64,000 nt of DNA from assembly GCA_963727625.1 (NCBI GenBank), contig CAVSHR010000008.1, positions 345,944 through 409,943 on the forward strand. Reading direction: 5' to 3'. Source of the stretch: an uncultured delta proteobacterium. GTDB lineage: Bacteria > Desulfobacterota > Binatia > UBA9968. The stretch's first letter is position 1; each line of letters opens with the position of its first letter. The notes below the pieces were generated by a model. It was not told the origin of the DNA. It made no database searches and saw only the letters and a program-made list of their open reading frames with translations. Of the stretch, positions 58,281-64,000 are shown in pieces. The translations under genes and the position numbers were made by a program.

Positions 58281-60328
58281 AACGGACTTTAGCGTTCTTT
58301 GAGCCCGACATGCACGGTTCTATGGAGGAGCCGCTCAAATACGCCTTCGAAAACGGTGCCCGCAAAGCTGCGTTGATAAGCACGGAGGGTTGTGACAGAG
58401 CCTCGGTGACCGCCCTGCAGAAGACGGGGTTCTCGTGCGTTGAAAAGCAACTGACGACCTTCCAGAAGTCGGATATCGCCGATGCTGACGTTGTTCTCGT
58501 ATCTAATGGTAGTTGCACGGAAGTTTCACGGGCGCTCCACGCCTGCATTGACTCGGACATCACAGTGATTGCTCCGGTTACCGAGCACCACTACAGTAGA
58601 CGCACGGTGTTCCTGATGGCCATTCCCAAGGCCGGAACCCACATGGTCATCCGGCTTCTTGACCTGATGGGGTTGGGGCGATCGTTAGATCGCGCACCCC
58701 GGGTGGGCACATGGTGCACTCCGGTCGGATATGCATATCACGCCCCTTGCAGGGAGTTGATGGCCGACGACTGGTTCGATCCGATCGGTCGCCAGTTATT
58801 ATTCCGATCGCCAGCGATTTTCGTCTATCGCAATCCGCTCGATATCGTTGTTTCTGAATTGGACTGGTTCGTGAGGCCTGAGAATGCCTTCTCCGGGTAC
58901 CTAAACTGCTGCGCAGACGAGTCCGAACAATTGGACCGGCTGATTGCAGACGACACAGTCATGGGAAATATCCGCGATCGCATTAACAGATATGCCGGTT
59001 GGATGCACTTCAGCAATGTTATTCCTGTAAGCTACGAAGAGCTAGTGGGAAGTCGCGGTGGCGGAAGCGATTCCGAACAACTCGACGCGATCTGGGCTCT
59101 GCAATTGAAGCTCCATATCCCCGGCAGCCCGAAAGAATATGGGGCACGTATTTATGACCCAACCAGCGCCACGTTTTCTCAGGGACGGATTAGGCGCCAT
59201 ATGGGGCGTTTTAAAGAGTGCCATTTTAAGTTGGTTGATTCCTTGCCACAAGATTTCATGCAAGCCTTGGGATATTTTCGCGGCTCAAAGATATCTTCGA
59301 AGGTGGCGGTCTTACGTCATCGGCCCCTGACGGTCAAGGAACTTTCTCCGGACAGTCTCTACACGCCGCGACTGGTGCGCGAGGGCATAAAGGGCTGGAA
59401 CATCATTGAGTCAGCCGGAATGTATTTTCCGGTGAGGCTGGGTGAGAACATTATGTCAGCGGTAGAAGCCGAGAAGATCTTGTCTACAAAAGAGGGGTTT
59501 GTGACATTGCGTGATGCCATAGACGCTGTCATTTTTGGCCAAGGAACAATCCCTGTTGAGACGCAACCGCATGAAGCCACTGGGACAGAGTTGGTTGTCG
59601 AAGGCTATTTGGGTTTTAATGTGGTCCGTCACGGTGGTTGCTGGTATGGATTTGATCAGGCGACGGGGCCGCTTAATATCGACAGCCTGGGAGAGTCCGC
59701 CGTCGAGCAGATGAAAAAAATCGGAACATGTGTAAGTGGGGTCAGCTCCGCTGACGTCAAAACGGAAATTCTCCGCCTTGTTATTCAAAAAAGGCAGCGC
59801 TGCGACTCGGAACTGTCAGCCCAGGTGGTTGAAGGTCTGGCCGGCATGAAAAGCCACGTGGTAGAGACGCAGGAATTTCTGTCGAAACACATTGCCCCCG
59901 CGCCGGAATTTAGCAAGGAGCCACGATTGCTGGAAGAAAACTGTCACGGCTTCAATCTAATGGCCTATGATGGCAAGGTCTGGGCGGCGGCAATAGCCAT
60001 CGGTCCGGTAGATTTGCATGATGCCGAAGCGCGTGAGCGACTATTGGCCAAGGGTCAATTGCTGGAAGCGATGACTTTGGATGGTGCGCGGGCAGCGATC
60101 CATACGCAAATCCTCGAGCAACGTGTGCGTGCGATGGAAACGAGGCTGGATGAAATAAATTCCCTCATGTCGGAACTTAAGTTGAGTAAGCAGCTGGCAC
60201 AGGACACGGCCCGCGAACTGGCTGGGTTGCGCGGCCACCTGTTTGAGATTTCAGAGAGCCTGGAGAAATTACGCGAAGAATCTTGGCAAGCCATCAAGAA
60301 TAATAAGCTTCGAAAAACGGAGTCGTGA
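58277..60328 (+). CDS. sulfotransferase-fold protein with three repeat modules and a C-terminal coiled coil
   Basis: IPKAGTH, YRNPLDIVVS, VSYEEL, TF..GRI; heptad-rich tail; GTGA overlap with the upstream gene. Confidence 0.75.
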   Translation: MKRTLAFFEPDMHGSMEEPLKYAFENGARKAALISTEGCDRASVTALQKTGFSCVEKQLTTFQKSDIADADVVLVSNGSCTEVSRALHACIDSDITVIAPVTEHHYSRRTVFLMAIPKAGTHMVIRLLDLMGLGRSLDRAPRVGTWCTPVGYAYHAPCRELMADDWFDPIGRQLLFRSPAIFVYRNPLDIVVSELDWFVRPENAFSGYLNCCADESEQLDRLIADDTVMGNIRDRINRYAGWMHFSNVIPVSYEELVGSRGGGSDSEQLDAIWALQLKLHIPGSPKEYGARIYDPTSATFSQGRIRRHMGRFKECHFKLVDSLPQDFMQALGYFRGSKISSKVAVLRHRPLTVKELSPDSLYTPRLVREGIKGWNIIESAGMYFPVRLGENIMSAVEAEKILSTKEGFVTLRDAIDAVIFGQGTIPVETQPHEATGTELVVEGYLGFNVVRHGGCWYGFDQATGPLNIDSLGESAVEQMKKIGTCVSGVSSADVKTEILRLVIQKRQRCDSELSAQVVEGLAGMKSHVVETQEFLSKHIAPAPEFSKEPRLLEENCHGFNLMAYDGKVWAAAIAIGPVDLHDAEARERLLAKGQLLEAMTLDGARAAIHTQILEQRVRAMETRLDEINSLMSELKLSKQLAQDTARELAGLRGHLFEISESLEKLREESWQAIKNNKLRKTES

Positions 60329-60471
60329 TCGATATCAAACGCTTTGAAGAGGCCATCATTTCGGAATCGGTTGCGAAAATGTGGTTGTCGATCGGGATTG
60401 CACTTGTGTACGGGAAAAGAATATTTCGACAACGGGTAGTTTTGCGTGCACCCTAGCAGCCAAAATTGAGT

Positions 60472-60924
60472 ATGACGAACAAAAAGACGTACGACCTTTT
60501 TATAACTCACGCCTGGCGGTACCATCAGGACTGGACCAAAATCTGCGATCTGCTGGACAATTCACCGGGACTGGCATGGCGGAACTTCAGCCTTCCCTGG
60601 CATGATCCCGCTATGAGTCCAAACTCCGCAGTGGGTGGTGCTTTTATCAGGAATTTTCTCGAGACCCAGATAATTCCCGTGCAAGGCGTGATCTTGTTAG
60701 CCGGTGTCTATGCGATCAAGAGCGCCCAGGGTTGGCTGGACTTGGAAATCGAGTTTGCCCGTAAGCACAACAAACCCGTGGTCGGGATTCCCCCATTGAA
60801 CGAAACCGTAGTGCCCGACGAGATCAGGTCAAAGTGCGATGGTAGCGCGGGCTGGCATGCCGAGGAGATCATAGTTGCGCTGGATGAAGCGCTAGCCCTT
60901 CCCAGATACGCGCGGGCGATATAA
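60472..60924 (+). CDS. TIR-like domain protein (DUF1863/ThsB-like)
   Basis: YDLFITHAW, VILLAGVYA, WLDLEIEFA (catalytic Glu position), KPVVGI. Confidence 0.85.
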   Translation: MTNKKTYDLFITHAWRYHQDWTKICDLLDNSPGLAWRNFSLPWHDPAMSPNSAVGGAFIRNFLETQIIPVQGVILLAGVYAIKSAQGWLDLEIEFARKHNKPVVGIPPLNETVVPDEIRSKCDGSAGWHAEEIIVALDEALALPRYARAI

Positions 60925-61068
60925 AACAACTTGTCGACATGAATCGCCTACCTTGGTCAAGTGCAAAATGCATGGTAAAGTCACCCATAGGTTTTCGTGG
61001 TTTCATTTTGTTGTGAGTTTCTCTGGTCACCGATTTCGGATCCGCTGAGTTAAGGGAGGAGCGCGCAA

Positions 61069-64000
61069 ATGAACGAAAGCTCTGTCGTTGTAACCTTGAA
61101 AAAGGGAAACCGGCTAGCAAAGGTCGAGGGCACGCGCGTCACATTCTCTTCTCATCGCTGTTTTGCATTTGATGATGGGCGAGAAGATCTCGCGTGTTTG
61201 CGCATTCTCGCGGCCCACCTAAAGTCTTTGCCGGGACTTGCATTATTCGGTAGTGGGCGCTTGCTGGACTACCTGCTCAAGCACGCTCCCGAGGTCAAGC
61301 CCCACATACTTTGGATTATCCCCAGCAAAGAGCACGCTCAACAGACGCAAATTCAAGGGATTCCAGTCGCCGTTGCTGAAAATTTACCGTCCGATGTTAG
61401 GTCTGTATTCCTTTGCGAAACGACGACGTTTTCGCGAATGCAGATGCGGCGCCGGCTGCCTCCATCGGTGACTGTGGTGGAACCCATGATCCTCGGAGAA
61501 CTTGCTCCAGACGCCGTGCCTTTCCGGGCTTGGACGCCGGTGCCGAAGAACATCTATCCGATTGACGTTCCGGAGATCAACTTCAAAAAAGGCCTGGACC
61601 TTATCTTGATTGACTGTCCGTCGCGCAATTTGGCGTTGATGCCTAACGGTCTTGGCTACGTCAATAATGCACTCAAGAGCACCTCGGTGAGATATCAGAT
61701 CTTTGATCTGGATGTAGTGGCTTACCATCGGTTTCATATCCATGGCCTGTTCGACCTCGGGGGGCGCGTCACCCTTCCGAGCGGCAGGGTTCTGCCGAAA
61801 GACCCCTGGCAGGCGGAACATTACGATGTTTGGACCTCGGCGTCAGAAATGGCGACCAGTCGCGGTGGACACTCCGATGTTCTGGATTTTTTCCGTCCGT
61901 TAATCGACGAAACCATTGAGGCGCTGGTGGCGGCCGAGCCGAAGATTCTCGGTCTATCTATTCAGCAGTGCAACGAAGCTATTTCCCGGGAAATTGTTCG
62001 TGGGGTCAAGGCCAAATTGCCGAATATCGTCATCGTTGTGGGCGGCTTTAGCTGCTACAATGCTGACATCGGCCGACGAGTATTTCCCGAGTGTGATTAC
62101 ATGTGCGTCGGCGAAGCGGATCTGACGGTTGGGCTATTATTCGAAGCCTTGGCAAGCGGCGAGCGTCCGCGTAACCAGCCCGGTGTGCTTTCCCGTTACG
62201 ACACGCCAGACTACCGCTTCATTCCAGCTCCTATGGTCCATAACCTCGACCATATCGAATTCCCGAAATACGAGTGGTGCGACCTTAGCGTTTATCGAAA
62301 CTACAACGGCTATCAATTGACTCCTATCATCGCCAGTCGGGGCTGCCGTTGGTCGCGCTGTACTTTCTGCGCTGAACGATTTTACTGGCGGATTCGTACA
62401 CCGGAAAACTTTGTGGACGAGCTGGAATGGCTGGTCGACAACGGCTGTCATCTGTTCATGTTTAACGAGAGCGACCTTGGCGGTATGCCTGAGCGAGTGA
62501 TGGAAATCTGTGACGAGATCATTCACCGCGGCCTTCATCGCAAAGTGAAGCTCACCGGCCAACTGCGTGTTAACAAGAAGCAAAATAAAGCATTCTTCGA
62601 GAAGCTGCGAGAGGCTAATTTCGTCGCTCTCAGATTTGGCGTCGATGCGTTTTCTGAAAACACGCTGCGCCTACAGATGAAGGGTTACACGGTCGAGATG
62701 ATCTCGCAAAACTTAAAGGACTGCTGGGAGGCGGGCATCTTCACGGAGGTGAACTGGGTAATCGGCGTGCCTGGAGAAACCGAAGACGACGTCAAGGAAG
62801 GCATCGACCTCATCCTCAAGAATCGAAGATATATCGGGCGGCTTGCGAACATCAACCCGTTAATCCTGGTTAATGGCGGGGTCTATTGGATCGACCCTGA
62901 TGCCCACAAGATTGGATTCCGTGAGCCGAAAGAGGAGTTGTACGCCAAATATCCGAGAGCCCTACCGGCAGACTCATGGTACAGCGTCGATCCCTATATC
63001 GATGCTCAAGTACGCAAAGAACGGTTTGAGCGAATCGTACGCGCTTTGCACGAGGCAGGATTTCCGGTGGGAGCTTGGGCGAACAGGATCATCGACGACG
63101 TACATTTAGAACGTGACCCAAATCGTGCGGCAGTTGGAAAAACGGTATTGGACGCCGGCGTGTCATCGCAGCGGGAAGTGGCGACGGCAGGTTCGAGTCA
63201 ATCCGGACGCGATTCGGAAAGAAAAGCGCAATACCCAGCTTCGGTTCCGACGCCGGTAATGAAAGAAGATGATACGAATGAGCACAAGCCCGCTGCGACG
63301 CCTCCGCTCTACGGCGTGGCGGGCGCTCCCCCGCGTGTGGTGCGTAAGTTACAAACGCATAATCTCGTGTTCTTCGATGGCTGGTATTACGGCATTCCTC
63401 ACGCGCTTAAGGAAGTCAGTTTGGCTGATTCGGATCCGTCCACGCTGCCGGGATTAATCAAGCACACGTCGGAGGAAGGTGTGATTGCCGCCATCGAGGA
63501 AGCATCGATGTGGGCAAATAGCCGCGGACAGTATGACTCGCAGGAACAACAGCGCGCGAGTGAGTCCTATATCCGGGCGGGCAGTGCTTTAGGGGAAACT
63601 AAGTTGCCAGATATGCCTGACAACGCCAAGATTTTTCCCTTTACAAACGGAACGTTCCTCGCGATTGACCGGGACGCCGTTCAGCAGACGTTCAAGTTGA
63701 GTCCGCTCCGCTGGTTCGACTGGAGCCAACATTCGATAGACATTGGTGACGCGCGTTCACCGCTACGGCGGTTGGCGACTAAATTGCCTCCGGCTTTGCG
63801 CTACAAAATCAAGCATGTCATTCGCGAGCAGTCCTTAAAGGAGCAGAATCTTACCGGCGGACTTATCAAGAAAACCGACAAACATCTGCTCGGTATGCTT
63901 TTGCGTGGGTCGATGGACGCTTATTTGAAAAGGCCTTTCACTCGCGTTTTGAATCGCGGTCAAAGCGGCCGGGCTTGGCAGGCCTCGAAAGGGGTTCATG
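61069..64000 (+). CDS. large multidomain cobalamin-dependent radical SAM protein, 3'-truncated by the window (absent from ORF track)
   Basis: ATG 61069 after GGAGGA; frame open to the window end; LGYV, VVGG, VGEAD, SRGCRWSRCTFC (62338-62370), IGVPGET. Confidence 0.9.
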   Translation, partial: MNESSVVVTLKKGNRLAKVEGTRVTFSSHRCFAFDDGREDLACLRILAAHLKSLPGLALFGSGRLLDYLLKHAPEVKPHILWIIPSKEHAQQTQIQGIPVAVAENLPSDVRSVFLCETTTFSRMQMRRRLPPSVTVVEPMILGELAPDAVPFRAWTPVPKNIYPIDVPEINFKKGLDLILIDCPSRNLALMPNGLGYVNNALKSTSVRYQIFDLDVVAYHRFHIHGLFDLGGRVTLPSGRVLPKDPWQAEHYDVWTSASEMATSRGGHSDVLDFFRPLIDETIEALVAAEPKILGLSIQQCNEAISREIVRGVKAKLPNIVIVVGGFSCYNADIGRRVFPECDYMCVGEADLTVGLLFEALASGERPRNQPGVLSRYDTPDYRFIPAPMVHNLDHIEFPKYEWCDLSVYRNYNGYQLTPIIASRGCRWSRCTFCAERFYWRIRTPENFVDELEWLVDNGCHLFMFNESDLGGMPERVMEICDEIIHRGLHRKVKLTGQLRVNKKQNKAFFEKLREANFVALRFGVDAFSENTLRLQMKGYTVEMISQNLKDCWEAGIFTEVNWVIGVPGETEDDVKEGIDLILKNRRYIGRLANINPLILVNGGVYWIDPDAHKIGFREPKEELYAKYPRALPADSWYSVDPYIDAQVRKERFERIVRALHEAGFPVGAWANRIIDDVHLERDPNRAAVGKTVLDAGVSSQREVATAGSSQSGRDSERKAQYPASVPTPVMKEDDTNEHKPAATPPLYGVAGAPPRVVRKLQTHNLVFFDGWYYGIPHALKEVSLADSDPSTLPGLIKHTSEEGVIAAIEEASMWANSRGQYDSQEQQRASESYIRAGSALGETKLPDMPDNAKIFPFTNGTFLAIDRDAVQQTFKLSPLRWFDWSQHSIDIGDARSPLRRLATKLPPALRYKIKHVIREQSLKEQNLTGGLIKKTDKHLLGMLLRGSMDAYLKRPFTRVLNRGQSGRAWQASKGVH

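Noticed and set aside
60325-60456. 43-codon ORF overlapping the stop of the 683-aa gene
   Set aside because: Weak RBS spacing and no recognisable motif.
60472-60924. Complete Thoeris system
   Set aside because: No ThsA-type effector visible in the window.

Overview
Bacterial chromosome segment of moderately high GC; protein sequences and gene order look deltaproteobacterial (possibly Binatia-like; inference, not tested). 1-24.8 kb: the rpoB(3' part)-rpoC-str-S10-spc-alpha supercluster, with no tuf after fusA and no rpmD before rplO. 25-40 kb: a sulfotransferase, c-type cytochrome, cupin, beta-hydroxyacid dehydrogenase, an atypical KptA/Tpt1, argS, a SPOR protein, trpDCFBA, folC and lptD, with palindromic intergenic repeats. 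40-44 kb: a scarred junction containing a doubly frameshifted GT2 pseudogene, two separate duplications, a toxin/DUF2283 pair and a DUF1566 remnant. 44 kb to the end: a + strand surface-glycan locus. It encodes GDP-heptose enzymes (HddA, HddC-GmhB fusion), a Cj1427-like C4 dehydrogenase, ColD-like and Fcl-like enzymes, an orphan TPP E1 alpha/beta pair, two B12 radical-SAM enzymes (one missing from the ORF track, 61069 to the window end), a NUDIX hydrolase, Wzm/Wzt, two sulfotransferase-fold proteins and a lone TIR protein. Best novelty candidates: an unannotated ~60-aa module seen five times across three tailoring enzymes, a predicted branched, methylated deoxy-heptose pathway, a sulfotransferase plus coiled-coil possible chain terminator, and the TIR gene inside the glycan locus.
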